In this document: positions 1 to 9,133 of the stretch, piece by piece | How positions within the stretch are numbered: the first letter of the stretch is position 1 | Layout of the letters: every line of letters begins with the position of its first letter | IMG/VR virus record: IMGVR_UViG_3300032232_001117 | Span: 1 to 58,649 of that record | Length of the DNA: 58,649 nucleotides | Source of the DNA: a virus | Taxonomy: Duplodnaviria > Caudoviricetes | Direction: 5' to 3' (one strand) | Program-made: the position numbers and the translations under genes | Notes under the pieces: generated by a model | Told to the model about the DNA's origin: nothing | Seen by the model: the letters and a program-made list of their open reading frames with translations, nothing else | The model's database searches: none

Positions 1-38
1 CCGCCTGTACCTTCGAACGGTACGGGCGGGGTTTTTGC
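1..38 (+). terminator. Intrinsic terminator (truncated at window edge)
   Basis: Hairpin CCGCCTGTACC-ttcgaac-GGTACGGGCGG followed by a T-run. Confidence 0.7.
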
Positions 39-59
39 TATATATGGGATAATTTATTC

Positions 60-608
60 ATGAAAGAAAATGAAGCGTTTCAATTTATTGGAGACATGCC
101 GTCATTTGACGAACTTCTCAGTGATGTCTCATCCCTAACCCCAGAAGACTGGTTGAAATACGTGCAACGTAAAAAGATTGGCGGTGCAGCAGGAGGTAAT
201 ACTGACACCATCCCATTGGTCTATGACGTAATGCAAAAACTCAACTCGGACGTAGTGCACGAACATTACAGACAATTTAGTAAGTATCTAGATGAAGTCG
301 TTCTTGCCACGATGGAAACAATTGGAGAAGTAAAAATTCAACAAGCAATGCTGACAAGGCTTAAGGCAAAAACAACTATTCCCAAACATAAAGATGTCGG
401 AAATCCATTAACCGCAAAAATCCATAGCCAGACTCACAGAATACACGTTCCAGTGATAACCAATGAAAATTGTATATTTACCATTGGTGATGAATCAAAG
501 AACCTAAAGCCTGGCCAAATATGGATTGTAGATAACGTAGGAAGACACCATGGTGTCAAGAATAGTGGAGACGAAGACCGAGTGCACCTAATCATAGACG
601 CAATTTAG
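60..608 (+). CDS. Aspartyl/asparaginyl beta-hydroxylase-like 2OG-Fe(II) oxygenase
   Basis: HxD (IPKHKD), RIHVP, distal His (HHGVKNSGDEDRVHLIID); leaderless start after GATAAT. Confidence 0.8.
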   Translation: MKENEAFQFIGDMPSFDELLSDVSSLTPEDWLKYVQRKKIGGAAGGNTDTIPLVYDVMQKLNSDVVHEHYRQFSKYLDEVVLATMETIGEVKIQQAMLTRLKAKTTIPKHKDVGNPLTAKIHSQTHRIHVPVITNENCIFTIGDESKNLKPGQIWIVDNVGRHHGVKNSGDEDRVHLIIDAI

Positions 609-673
609 AGAGTTCTCGGGGGTCTTGTATTTTTATACTAAACTAGTACCATGAACAGGTATTGGCTATAGCA

Positions 674-838
674 ATGTCTAAAAGAGAAAATGACGACCAT
701 TTTGAGAAGTACGCTAAGTATGCTAAAAACTCGCGCGGTGTTCCTGAAGAGTTTGAAGATTGGGCACTAGATAATGGCATAAAATTGCCACTCAAAAAGA
801 AAGCAACGGACAAGGACGAGTATGACTACCCCGAATGA
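674..838 (+). CDS. Small hypothetical protein (54 aa, MSKRENDD...)
   Basis: ORF read by hand, below the ORF-track cutoff; overlaps the next gene start. Confidence 0.55.
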   Translation: MSKRENDDHFEKYAKYAKNSRGVPEEFEDWALDNGIKLPLKKKATDKDEYDYPE

Positions 839-1016
839 GGAAACCCTAAAATCAAAAAAGGAATTTCTTAGATTTTTTGAATCTGAATTAAAACCAAACG
901 GATTTAATGAAGAAGAGTTTGAAGAATTTCTTGAGCGTTCAAAAAATTCAAATCCTGGTGCCAATCCACGAAACCCTTGGGTTGTGGCCGAGAAGCAGAG
1001 AGAGCGTGACATCTAA
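822..1016 (+). CDS. Hypothetical protein
   Basis: ORF in a tightly packed operon; TAATG coupling to the next gene. Confidence 0.6.
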   Translation: MTTPNEETLKSKKEFLRFFESELKPNGFNEEEFEEFLERSKNSNPGANPRNPWVVAEKQRERDI

Positions 1017-1267
1017 TGCTTCACAATGCAGAACCAGATAGTCCTGAAGAGGAAGCAATCAACAAGTCAAAGAAAGCACTTGATGCTTTTGCTCAAAAAG
1101 TAACAGACTTTCAAATTATTGCATCAACACTTAGTGGAGATACTCCAGTACGCGAAGCCTATAAAGCAGTTTTCGGTGAAGATAGACCAGACCTTGACCC
1201 CAATACACCTGAGGGCATGAGAACTAAAAACGAAATGAATGCTCTTATGGGTAAATCTAATGGATGA
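1016..1267 (+). CDS. Hypothetical protein
   Basis: ORF coupled to its neighbours. Confidence 0.6.
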   Translation: MLHNAEPDSPEEEAINKSKKALDAFAQKVTDFQIIASTLSGDTPVREAYKAVFGEDRPDLDPNTPEGMRTKNEMNALMGKSNG

Positions 1268-1958
1268 CGCAATAATTTCTTTTTCGGATAGTCAATGGCC
1301 TTTTTTTGACCCTGAATACGCAAAGCAACTAAAGAGCAACTACCCAGAACTTTGGTCTATGGGCGGAGGCTCAAAGGGTGACTATGTCAATGAAGTTCTT
1401 ATGTCTATCTATGAAAAAGGTGGGGTTGCAGAGACTCCAGAAGAAGTTGAAATTCTTGAACTAAGAGAATCTTGGATTAGAAGACATTTTGAAGACTCAA
1501 CACCAGCAGGGAACATAGCCCAAGTTAAATGGCTGGCTGTTTCTTACAGCGGCGAACCTTTACAAAAGAAATCAATTAACGAACAAGTGACTAGGTTTCA
1601 TGCTAGAAAAAACTGGCTTGATACTAAGGGCGCAAAACTAAAAGACCCTAAAGGTGGGCTAACTGCCGCTGGTCGTAAGCACTTCAAAAGAACAGAAGGC
1701 GCAAACCTCAAGCCAGGAGTCATGGGTGCAGCAGATACTCCTGAAAAACTACGTCGCAAAGGTTCATTCCTGACAAGGTTTTTTACAAATCCTTCAGGTC
1801 CTATGAAGGACGAAAAAGGAAAACCAACACGCCTTGCACTATCCGCAGCAGCATGGGGTGAGCCAGTCCCTCAGGATGCCTCAGACGCTGCCAGGCTGGC
1901 CGCTAAAGGGCGCAGAATGCTGGATAGGTATCAGAGCGCCAAGAAGAGGAGTAAATGA
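1260..1958 (+). CDS. Phage protein with C-terminal DUF6321-like basic domain (possible head-associated protein)
   Basis: KDPKGGLTAAGRKHF...GANLKPGV...RRKGSFLTRF...KPTRLALS motif; start placed at ATG 1260. Confidence 0.65.
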   Translation: MDDAIISFSDSQWPFFDPEYAKQLKSNYPELWSMGGGSKGDYVNEVLMSIYEKGGVAETPEEVEILELRESWIRRHFEDSTPAGNIAQVKWLAVSYSGEPLQKKSINEQVTRFHARKNWLDTKGAKLKDPKGGLTAAGRKHFKRTEGANLKPGVMGAADTPEKLRRKGSFLTRFFTNPSGPMKDEKGKPTRLALSAAAWGEPVPQDASDAARLAAKGRRMLDRYQSAKKRSK

Positions 1959-2437
1959 TGTCTACATGGGGTGAATACACCGGAAAAATAGTCGGATTTA
2001 GGTTTGTAGAAATCGATACCAAGGCTGAAAAAAAATGCCCTCCTGCCACACAGGACATAAAAGTAAACATCAAAAATAGACAGAAGGCTATTGATGATGC
2101 TGGATATGGTCCACTTAATCCCTCGCAGCCAAACCTTGACTTCTGGAAGAAGAAGGAAGATAGGTGGAATGTAAGCCTAGAGTCAGCAAAAAAACAGAGA
2201 TGCGGTAACTGTATCTTATTCGTTCGCTCGCCAAGAATCCTGAATTGCATTGAAGGCGGCCTGGGAAATGAATCTGGTGCTGCTTGGGATGTAATTGACG
2301 CCGGAAAGATTGGTTATTGCGAAGCCTTTGACTTCAAATGTCATTCAGAGCGCACATGTGATGCATGGGTAGTCGGTGGTCCAACCACGTCGGATAACGA
2401 CTCTCGTAAGCCTGGCTCAACAAAAGAAAACGACTAA
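1955..2437 (+). CDS. Conserved Cys-rich phage protein (CPPATQD...YGP.NP...CGNC...FKC...RTC.AW)
   Basis: Motif pattern typical of tailed-phage hypothetical proteins; ATGA overlap with the upstream gene. Confidence 0.7.
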   Translation: MMSTWGEYTGKIVGFRFVEIDTKAEKKCPPATQDIKVNIKNRQKAIDDAGYGPLNPSQPNLDFWKKKEDRWNVSLESAKKQRCGNCILFVRSPRILNCIEGGLGNESGAAWDVIDAGKIGYCEAFDFKCHSERTCDAWVVGGPTTSDNDSRKPGSTKEND

Positions 2438-2458
2438 GTTTCCCGCTACCTTGGGATA

Positions 2459-2500
2459 GCAAAACCCCCGCCCCTATTTGTACGGAGCGGGGGTTTTGCA
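2459..2500. terminator. Bidirectional intrinsic terminator
   Basis: GCAAAACCCCCGC...GCGGGGGTTTTGC between convergent genes. Confidence 0.8.
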
Positions 2501-2529
2501 ACTACTTAGAAAAGTAATTGAGTAATTGA

Positions 2530-2916
2530 TTAGTCGTTTACGCCCTCAGCCGAGATGTGAGTTGCTTCTGAAACCTCAGCAGCAACGAAGGTCACTGTCA
2601 TGTTTGCTCCTGCAGTGCTTGAACCAACTGCTGAAACATCGAGGCTCACAACTGCACCCTTAGCAAAGTCAACATTTGCTGAGGTCAATGTTCCCTGGTC
2701 AGATGTTCCAGCGGCTGCGATTGAAAACGCTGCTGCTACATCATTACCAACCTTGAGGTCTGCGGTCAAAGCAGAACCGACTGGAGCAGTGGTAACAGCG
2801 ACATAAGCGTCAACAATGACACCCTTGAAAGGCATCACTGCTGAAACGATGCTGCTAGTGCTAAGCGTTCCAGGAATGGTGAGAGTGATTGTTTGTGGGG
2901 CAATAATTGCTGACAT
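2530..2916 (-). CDS. Beta-rich Ala/Ser/Thr protein, possible virion decoration protein
   Basis: ORF with AGGAG RBS; composition typical of small structural proteins (inference). Confidence 0.6.
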   Translation of the reverse strand: MSAIIAPQTITLTIPGTLSTSSIVSAVMPFKGVIVDAYVAVTTAPVGSALTADLKVGNDVAAAFSIAAAGTSDQGTLTSANVDFAKGAVVSLDVSAVGSSTAGANMTVTFVAAEVSEATHISAEGVND

Positions 2917-2994
2917 TTTTTCTCCTATGGGAAGTTGTTGTGCCTTACGGCGCTATCTCTAAATAATACATCATGGGTACCCCCATGTGCGTAA

Positions 2995-5040
2995 TTACCC
3001 CTGATTGTCCTTAATTAATTTAATTTCACAGGAATCCGTTGTGCAATAAGACTCTCCGATTGCATCGGCTGCCATTCCAGCATAAACACCAGAGAAATCA
3101 ATGGGAAAAAGGTCCTTGGTGGCTTCTGTGTACTCTTCCTCGGTTATCTGCGTATACGGCATTTGCGGATAAGTAAAGTTGCCTTGCGGCAAAAACGAAA
3201 CCGTTTTAAGTTGACCGTCATACATATGGAGTACAGTGCCCACATGTTCTTTTTCTTTTTCTGCATCAAAAGAAATTGTAACTGATACCGAGTTATCGGA
3301 CCAGTAACGTTGAGCGGCTGCTGCTAGTGACATCTTTTCAAAAATTGTTACATCATTTTCCGAACGAATAGCGTCTGACTTAATTGGGAAGAACACAACA
3401 GATGTTGTATCCGGTGATTCAGATGCTGGTTCAACACGGTATTTAGCCATCTTGAAAAGCGGAAGCATTGGGTCATCGTTGGCAAAACGAATTGCGCGAT
3501 TGAAGAACTTCCCACCTGGTGTCCAGTGAACCCCAGGAGACTCACCAGCAAGAATAGAAACTGTTCCAGAAGGTTTAACTGTTGTCATCTTGATTGACTC
3601 ACGAATTCCAAGCCATTCAGAGTACGAAACGTCATATGCCTTTACTGTGTTGTAACCAGTATCCATCCATTCGCGAAGAACAGGCATTCCTACATTGTCA
3701 GCAAAGTTTGCAACACCTGACATTGATGTTCCAATACGACGGTTGCGTTGCATGATTGCGTTTGTTTCTTCCCAGTGTGTAGGAAGGAGCGTTACCGTTT
3801 TTGCATAAAGGTAAGCAAACTTTAATGTGCGCTTGTAGTCATCAAGAGAATCGTGACGATTTAAATATGTCTCAACAAGAGTGCAACATTCATATGACTC
3901 AAGAGACTGTTCTGCGCATGGGTTATATCCAGCAACACGCCAGTCTTTGTTGTTTGCAGGGTCAGCAAGACGACCGTACTTGCGAGACATGTCAAGCCAA
4001 ATAACTCCTGGCTCTCCATTAAGTGCGATTCCTTCAACAATTCCAGAAAGGTCTTTTCCAATAGATGTTTCTACAGAGTTGTTTGACATCCATCCCCATC
4101 CTGGAGCGTCTGGGTCATAAGAGTTGCGCTCAGGAAATACTGCAGAGTTCTTAAGGTTCAAGAACTCTTCATCATCAAGACTGCCAATAAGAAGTTCAGC
4201 AGAGCGACGTACGTTTCCAGAGACAACGCAAACACCAATCATGTTTCCAATGTCAGCAATGTTTACTTTGGTTATCTTTTCACCATTGCGACCTTTAAAC
4301 ATTGAACGAATGTGCTTATGAAGACGCTCAAGAGAAGCATGTCCAGCAGCAGTGCCACCAAATGTTTTAATAGGCGTTCCTGCAGGGCGAATAAGTGAAT
4401 AGTCAAACTCAACAGGGCTCTGCTCTGGCTTTAAATAAGAGTTAATAATAGAAATAAGTGAAGCAACCCATCCTTCACGGCTATCTTCAATTACCTCAAC
4501 AACTACAGGCTTTGTTGGTTCATAGATAGTAAAATCTTTGTCAGCGCCTTTGTTGTCAAACCCAACACCAACACCAAGCATTGATGCTTCCATAAGAAAA
4601 CCAAAAGGCTTTGCTGGATTGTTCTTATTCATTTCTGAAGTTGAAACAAATGCACAGTTCTGCAAAGCGGCAGAGTTTTTGTGAACATTCACAAGAGGTG
4701 TGCCCATTACCCACAAACCACGACCTGGTGGAGTCCACTTTAATTGAAACAAACGGTCAAACGCTTCTTTTGCGCTTGCCTGTGCTTTTGCGTCATTCCA
4801 AGGAAGACGGTTCGTCTTGCAGTGGTCTTTCTGTAGCGAATACATTCCGTTGATGACGCGTTCACAAACGTCAACCCATGTTTCTTTTGTTCCATCTTCT
4901 TTTAAACGAGAATATGTACGAAGAAAAGTAATTTCTCCTACAGAGTTTCCGCCAGCGTCTCTATAACCAAAAGGTGCCTGTTTTGACCTATATCCAGCAA
5001 GAAAATCTTCGTTTAGGCGGAAGGAAAAAATAGGTGACAC
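2995..5040 (-). CDS. nrdJ: Class II (adenosylcobalamin-dependent) ribonucleoside-triphosphate reductase
   Basis: PPGRGLW, ALQNC, VVSGNVRRSA, NPCAEQ.LE..ECCTL, TTVKPSGT, WSDNSVSVT, C-terminal CTTDSC. Confidence 0.95.
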   Translation of the reverse strand: MSPIFSFRLNEDFLAGYRSKQAPFGYRDAGGNSVGEITFLRTYSRLKEDGTKETWVDVCERVINGMYSLQKDHCKTNRLPWNDAKAQASAKEAFDRLFQLKWTPPGRGLWVMGTPLVNVHKNSAALQNCAFVSTSEMNKNNPAKPFGFLMEASMLGVGVGFDNKGADKDFTIYEPTKPVVVEVIEDSREGWVASLISIINSYLKPEQSPVEFDYSLIRPAGTPIKTFGGTAAGHASLERLHKHIRSMFKGRNGEKITKVNIADIGNMIGVCVVSGNVRRSAELLIGSLDDEEFLNLKNSAVFPERNSYDPDAPGWGWMSNNSVETSIGKDLSGIVEGIALNGEPGVIWLDMSRKYGRLADPANNKDWRVAGYNPCAEQSLESYECCTLVETYLNRHDSLDDYKRTLKFAYLYAKTVTLLPTHWEETNAIMQRNRRIGTSMSGVANFADNVGMPVLREWMDTGYNTVKAYDVSYSEWLGIRESIKMTTVKPSGTVSILAGESPGVHWTPGGKFFNRAIRFANDDPMLPLFKMAKYRVEPASESPDTTSVVFFPIKSDAIRSENDVTIFEKMSLAAAAQRYWSDNSVSVTISFDAEKEKEHVGTVLHMYDGQLKTVSFLPQGNFTYPQMPYTQITEEEYTEATKDLFPIDFSGVYAGMAADAIGESYCTTDSCEIKLIKDNQG

Positions 5041-5109
5041 GGTATTGCAACTTTCTATAGTGACGGCTGAGAGATACCCATGATACCTCTGCCGTTAAAA
5101 AATATACGT

Positions 5110-5418
5110 CTAAGCAATACCCAAATTTTTTGCTTGTTCAAGAGTTATGTAAGAACCTTTGTGGTGCAGGATTACTTTTGTTTTTGTAAAAGGAGTAATC
5201 TGTCTATCTTCGTAAATATTTTCTTCTACGAGAATTGTCTGCTTGTCTTTGAGAGATTCTATTACGCCACCAGTTAAGCCAACTATTCTTGTTGGTGGTC
5301 CTAACTCTCCAACGCAGTCACCTGTAGGATGTCCACAAACAGGGCATGGTTGACGAGTCGCTCGGTGAATTGTTATATTGCCAGACAATAATTCTTTTTC
5401 TGGAGGGCCATCAATCAT
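5110..5418 (-). CDS. Hypothetical protein with CxxC-H-C metal-binding motif
   Basis: CPVCGHPTGDC. Confidence 0.65.
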   Translation of the reverse strand: MIDGPPEKELLSGNITIHRATRQPCPVCGHPTGDCVGELGPPTRIVGLTGGVIESLKDKQTILVEENIYEDRQITPFTKTKVILHHKGSYITLEQAKNLGIA

Positions 5419-5434
5419 TAAAGAATATTACCAC

Positions 5435-5508
5435 CCCCGGTGATGCGTCTGGTTGACGCAAGGTGCCTTATAAGCACCCGCAGCAGGGTTCAATTCCCTG
5501 ACCGGGGA
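5435..5508 (+). tRNA. tRNA-Ile (anticodon UAU)
   Basis: Cloverleaf: acceptor CCCCGGT/ACCGGGG, D-stem TGCG/CGCA, anticodon stem GGTGC/GCACC with loop CT-TAT-AA, T-arm CAGGG-TTCAATT-CCCTG, discriminator A; no encoded CCA; G at position 8. Confidence 0.85.
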
Positions 5509-6138
5509 CTAATAGAAAACTTGCAAGTGAAAACCAAGATTATTGATTGCTTCTGCAGTGTCTTCTTCGTCCATGTATTCAGGGTCATAATCTTCACTTA
5601 CGATTTTATAAAGAAGTGCTGGAAAACTTTTATCCCTTAATACATTTACTGCACCGTTTGGATAAACAGTTATTGGCTCAAATACCGCTCTTCTGTTAAG
5701 TCTGTATTTATATGAAGTAGAAACAAGGGTCAATTCAGCGCCGCCTACATCGTCGCCTTCTGCATGAGTTACGGTGACACATTCACTGACTCCTGTTGTG
5801 TCATCAAGAAAAGCCTTAGACAGGTCTAAGCCGCGAGTTTTTTCAATATCTGGAGAACAGTATCCTTCTGCAACCATAGTAATGCTATCTATATTCCAAA
5901 AACCACGAATCATCCTAAGCATTGACGCGCACCTTTGAAGCCTCTCTACCGGAGGGTCTTTCATATGCTTTTGGCTTATTTGACAGATTGTTACTATACG
6001 GCTGTCTTTCCAGCCTATGAAATTAAAAGCAAGGTCTTCACCAATGCCTGATTCTTCAATAAAAATCTTTTTAGCCATTTGTGCAGAAGTGAGCGCTAAC
6101 GCTATTTTTGAAAATTCGTCTGGGTAAAAACCGTCCAT
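5509..6138 (-). CDS. Hypothetical protein
   Basis: 209-aa ORF with ATG start; no motif recognised. Confidence 0.7.
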   Translation of the reverse strand: MDGFYPDEFSKIALALTSAQMAKKIFIEESGIGEDLAFNFIGWKDSRIVTICQISQKHMKDPPVERLQRCASMLRMIRGFWNIDSITMVAEGYCSPDIEKTRGLDLSKAFLDDTTGVSECVTVTHAEGDDVGGAELTLVSTSYKYRLNRRAVFEPITVYPNGAVNVLRDKSFPALLYKIVSEDYDPEYMDEEDTAEAINNLGFHLQVFY

Positions 6139-6208
6139 ACAGACACACTAGTAGAAGGGTGCTATAGTTTGTAGGTACACCACAATTTACAATAACACAG
6201 GACAGGAC

Positions 6209-6481
6209 ATGACACAGAAAAAAGCCCAAGCCAAGAAAAAGACAACAGCAAAAAAAACAGCGGCTAAGAAGCCTGCTGCAAAGAAGGCTGCTGCAAAGAA
6301 GGCTCCGGCAAAAAAGCCAGGACGCCCAGCAAAAGTGAATATTGAAGAGAATGTAATCAAGATTGATGACATCGCAGAAATCACAATTGACCCAGAGGTA
6401 GTAGCCGAGATTTCAGAAGTCATTTCTTCAGTATCCAATAAGTCTTGGTTCAAGAAAATCCTCGCTTTTCTTAAGAAGTAG
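6209..6481 (+). CDS. Histone H1-like Lys/Ala-rich DNA-binding protein
   Basis: KKTAAKKPAAKKAAAKKAPAKK repeats and a GRP AT-hook-like motif. Confidence 0.7.
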   Translation: MTQKKAQAKKKTTAKKTAAKKPAAKKAAAKKAPAKKPGRPAKVNIEENVIKIDDIAEITIDPEVVAEISEVISSVSNKSWFKKILAFLKK

Positions 6482-6489
6482 ATTTTCTA

Positions 6490-6503
6490 CGAAAATTTGT
6501 TCG
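6490..6503. promoter_or_regulatory. SOS-box-like operator
   Basis: CGAAA-ATTT-GTTCG, one mismatch to the Gram-positive CGAAC-N4-GTTCG; lies upstream of an operon with a LexA-like gene. Confidence 0.4.
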
Positions 6504-6564
6504 CATCGGGGTTGTTTATCCCGTAAACCTTAGATATGTTTCAATCGTCCCCTAGGAGGTGACG

Positions 6565-6780
6565 ATGAAAAATCACGGTATCAAGGAAATGAATGCCATA
6601 ATTAAAGAAGTTGAGTCAATCGGCTTCCGTGTTGAGCAGACAAAAAGAGGCGTCTACAAACTGTACCCACCAGCCTCAATCGGTGGGCGCGTTTATATGA
6701 CCCACGGCACACCTAAATCAATTAAGGCAATCAAAAGTCAGTTCAGAAAACTGTATGGCGTTGAATTGAAGTCCGTATGA
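6565..6780 (+). CDS. HicA-like (dsRBD-fold) small protein
   Basis: GFRVEQTKRGVYKLYPP...THGTP pattern; AGGAGGT RBS. Confidence 0.6.
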   Translation: MKNHGIKEMNAIIKEVESIGFRVEQTKRGVYKLYPPASIGGRVYMTHGTPKSIKAIKSQFRKLYGVELKSV

Positions 6781-7118
6781 CAGACAATAGAGAACTACCT
6801 ATACCCCTTTTGTCCTTTGACGCTATATGGAAGATGTATCCAGATACAGGATTGACCGAACTTGAAAATCTTGTAGGAGTGCACAAAAAACGCATGTACG
6901 GATGGAGCAAAAACGGATTAACCCTTCAGGATGCCGAACATATTGCTAGCAAAATCGGCCTGCACCCTTCATTTATTTGGGGACCCGAGTACCACATCGC
7001 TGTCTACATGATGGAGATTGTTGAACAAATACGTTATCAACGAAAAATTGATAAGCAAAAATTAAGGAGAAAGGTAATTAACGATGAAAAAAACAAAGTT
7101 AAACAGACTTCCAGGTGA
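6777..7118 (+). CDS. HTH DNA-binding protein
   Basis: HTH-like segment and AEHIASKIGLHPSFIWG motif. Confidence 0.65.
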   Translation: MTDNRELPIPLLSFDAIWKMYPDTGLTELENLVGVHKKRMYGWSKNGLTLQDAEHIASKIGLHPSFIWGPEYHIAVYMMEIVEQIRYQRKIDKQKLRRKVINDEKNKVKQTSR

Positions 7119-7371
7119 AACTCGGTCTGAAGCAGAATCACGAGTTTATTTAGAGCGCAGGACTGCGGTGGTTAATTTTATTATAAAATTTTCACAAGAA
7201 AACGGTTACGCGCCGAGCATTAGAGACCTCATGCCAGCGATAGGAGTTTTCTCTACGTCTACTGCCTACAAAGTTCTCTTTAGAATGGAAGAACAAGAAC
7301 TCATTCTTGTCTCCCAGGGTGTTGCGAGGAGCATGAAAGTTCTGCCACTTGGGATGGAACTAGTTTCCTAA
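7084..7371 (+). CDS. LexA-like winged-helix DNA-binding protein (no peptidase domain)
   Basis: FIIKFSQENGYAPSIRDL...GVFSTST...L..MEEQELI...GVARS. Confidence 0.8.
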   Translation: MKKTKLNRLPGETRSEAESRVYLERRTAVVNFIIKFSQENGYAPSIRDLMPAIGVFSTSTAYKVLFRMEEQELILVSQGVARSMKVLPLGMELVS

Positions 7372-7375
7372 TTTG

Positions 7376-7448
7376 CGCGTCGGGTAGGATTCGAACCTAC
7401 AGTCTACAGATTAGAAGTCTGTTGCCTTATCCATTTGGCCACCGACGC
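7376..7448 (-). tRNA. tRNA-Arg (anticodon UCU)
   Basis: Minus-strand cloverleaf: GCGTCGG/CCGACGC acceptor, ACAGA-CTTCTAA-TCTGT anticodon arm, GTAGG-TTCGAAT-CCTAC T-arm. Confidence 0.93.
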
Positions 7449-7455
7449 AATGTGG

Positions 7456-7659
7456 TCACTTTAGTTTGTCTAGGGTCAAATCACAAGCATTGACAAAAGA
7501 ACGTGCTTCATCTGGCGAAGCGAAAGATGCTGCTTGATAGTAGTTGTCATCTCGTTTGCGCAATAAAAGCCATTCGTCTTTTTCATGAACCTTTACAACA
7601 TGATAAGAGTCTTTGCCCTTGATTTGAATTCCAGTAGAACCGAACTCGTATTTTGACAT
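7456..7659 (-). CDS. Hypothetical protein
   Basis: 67-aa ORF with purine-rich RBS. Confidence 0.6.
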   Translation of the reverse strand: MSKYEFGSTGIQIKGKDSYHVVKVHEKDEWLLLRKRDDNYYQAASFASPDEARSFVNACDLTLDKLK

Positions 7660-7764
7660 TTTTACCCTTCTTTTTGTGGGTTATCATATTCCCAATTGTC
7701 TATTTATGCAATTGTGGGTTCTGGTACAATTACCCTGTACGCCTCAATCGCATATGGAGAAAAA

Positions 7765-8475
7765 ATGTCTGGAATCAACGCACCATCAATCGTTACTTAC
7801 GAGTACATGGTTGGAGACCTCAATAACTCTTTTATCAATGTGTCCTTCCCCTTCAAGGTTCAAATTGAGGGTATCTGGTTCACTGCAGATAGAAGAATGC
7901 TTGAAGGAACCTTTGATGGTGACTTGTTTGAAGACGCTGGAAGAACATTGATACTTTCAGCACAAAAATCAAAGTCTCCTCGTACGGTTCTTTCTGCCGT
8001 TGATACGCCGACAGACTGGGCACCGTTCTTTGGTTATGACGCCCCAGAAGACCAAACAGACGTTGTTTATGGCAGTGACGAGTTTAAGCCAACTATTTGG
8101 CTCGGTCTTCCAGAAGATGCGCCTGCTGGCATGTTTAAAGATGCAACAACGCAATACATCAACAATTACTACGACAACTCGGCATCATTCCGCTCATCAA
8201 CTGGTTATGCACCAGGATTAGACGACGCCCATAACCCATACTGGGGAAACAATGGCTGGAGCAGTGGCGAGTTTGCTGCCAACAAATACAAGACGAACAT
8301 GGCAATCCTTAACCCAGATGAAATTCTCACCATGTTTGTATACAGTGACGATGGCGACTGGACAGACTATGAAGGCGACGCAACCGTAACGATTCATGTT
8401 GCATACACTGGCGTTTCTGAGACCGTAGAAAAAGAAGACTCTAAGGCCCCTTGGGTGACTTGGTGGAATGACTAA
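7765..8475 (+). CDS. Hypothetical protein, N-terminus resembles that of 2530..2916
   Basis: GGAG RBS before ATG 7765; MSGINAPSI...SFPFKVQI vs MSAIIAPQT...VMPFKGVI. Confidence 0.7.
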   Translation: MSGINAPSIVTYEYMVGDLNNSFINVSFPFKVQIEGIWFTADRRMLEGTFDGDLFEDAGRTLILSAQKSKSPRTVLSAVDTPTDWAPFFGYDAPEDQTDVVYGSDEFKPTIWLGLPEDAPAGMFKDATTQYINNYYDNSASFRSSTGYAPGLDDAHNPYWGNNGWSSGEFAANKYKTNMAILNPDEILTMFVYSDDGDWTDYEGDATVTIHVAYTGVSETVEKEDSKAPWVTWWND

Positions 8476-8491
8476 TTGATAGTCTTGCCGT

Positions 8492-9133
8492 ATGGCAAAA
8501 TTCCCTTCAACATACGCTTTAGATACTGGTAAAAAACTCAGCGACCGTTTCTTTGACATCCGCTGGCTTTCTTCCGGAATGGATGCACACCCCAAAAAGT
8601 GGTACACCATCGGCGAGGAACTACCAAGCGATGACCCGACAGAGTGGGGGCGTGGAGAAGTTGACGCTGAAGGCCATTTAGTAGTTAAGTACTACCGTGA
8701 AGAGGTTTTCGGACCAGAAGACGAAATGGTCAAAATGTGGTTTGTGCTTCTTGATGGGAGACACCTTCAGCCAGCACACTTTATATTGCTCGGCTATGCG
8801 GACGATAGATACCCGTGGGGGACCGTAATAGAGGGCTCAGAAGCCTCTCAAGTTCTTGAGAAGGAGTACATGTCTACGTGGGCGGGCATGATTAATTGGC
8901 GTGCCGGGGACCCAATGATTCAGCAAATCACCACTGCTCCAAACTGGAGACGCAAGAGAATTTCAGTCATGATGTTTGGCGTATGTGATGTTGTAAACGC
9001 TTGTTACGGATTTAGTCCTGGCAAAGTTATTCACGGCGGAGCAGTTACCACATCAGACGGTGAAAAGTTGCGAAATATATACCCTGGTGGTAGCGCCCGA
9101 ATAGACCCACGACAAGGGGAAGTTAAGCCCTAA
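8492..9133 (+). CDS. Hypothetical protein with possible C-terminal GNAT-like fold
   Basis: IQQITTAPNWRRKRISVMM...TTSDG resembles the acetyl-CoA-binding motif A. Confidence 0.5.
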   Translation: MAKFPSTYALDTGKKLSDRFFDIRWLSSGMDAHPKKWYTIGEELPSDDPTEWGRGEVDAEGHLVVKYYREEVFGPEDEMVKMWFVLLDGRHLQPAHFILLGYADDRYPWGTVIEGSEASQVLEKEYMSTWAGMINWRAGDPMIQQITTAPNWRRKRISVMMFGVCDVVNACYGFSPGKVIHGGAVTTSDGEKLRNIYPGGSARIDPRQGEVKP

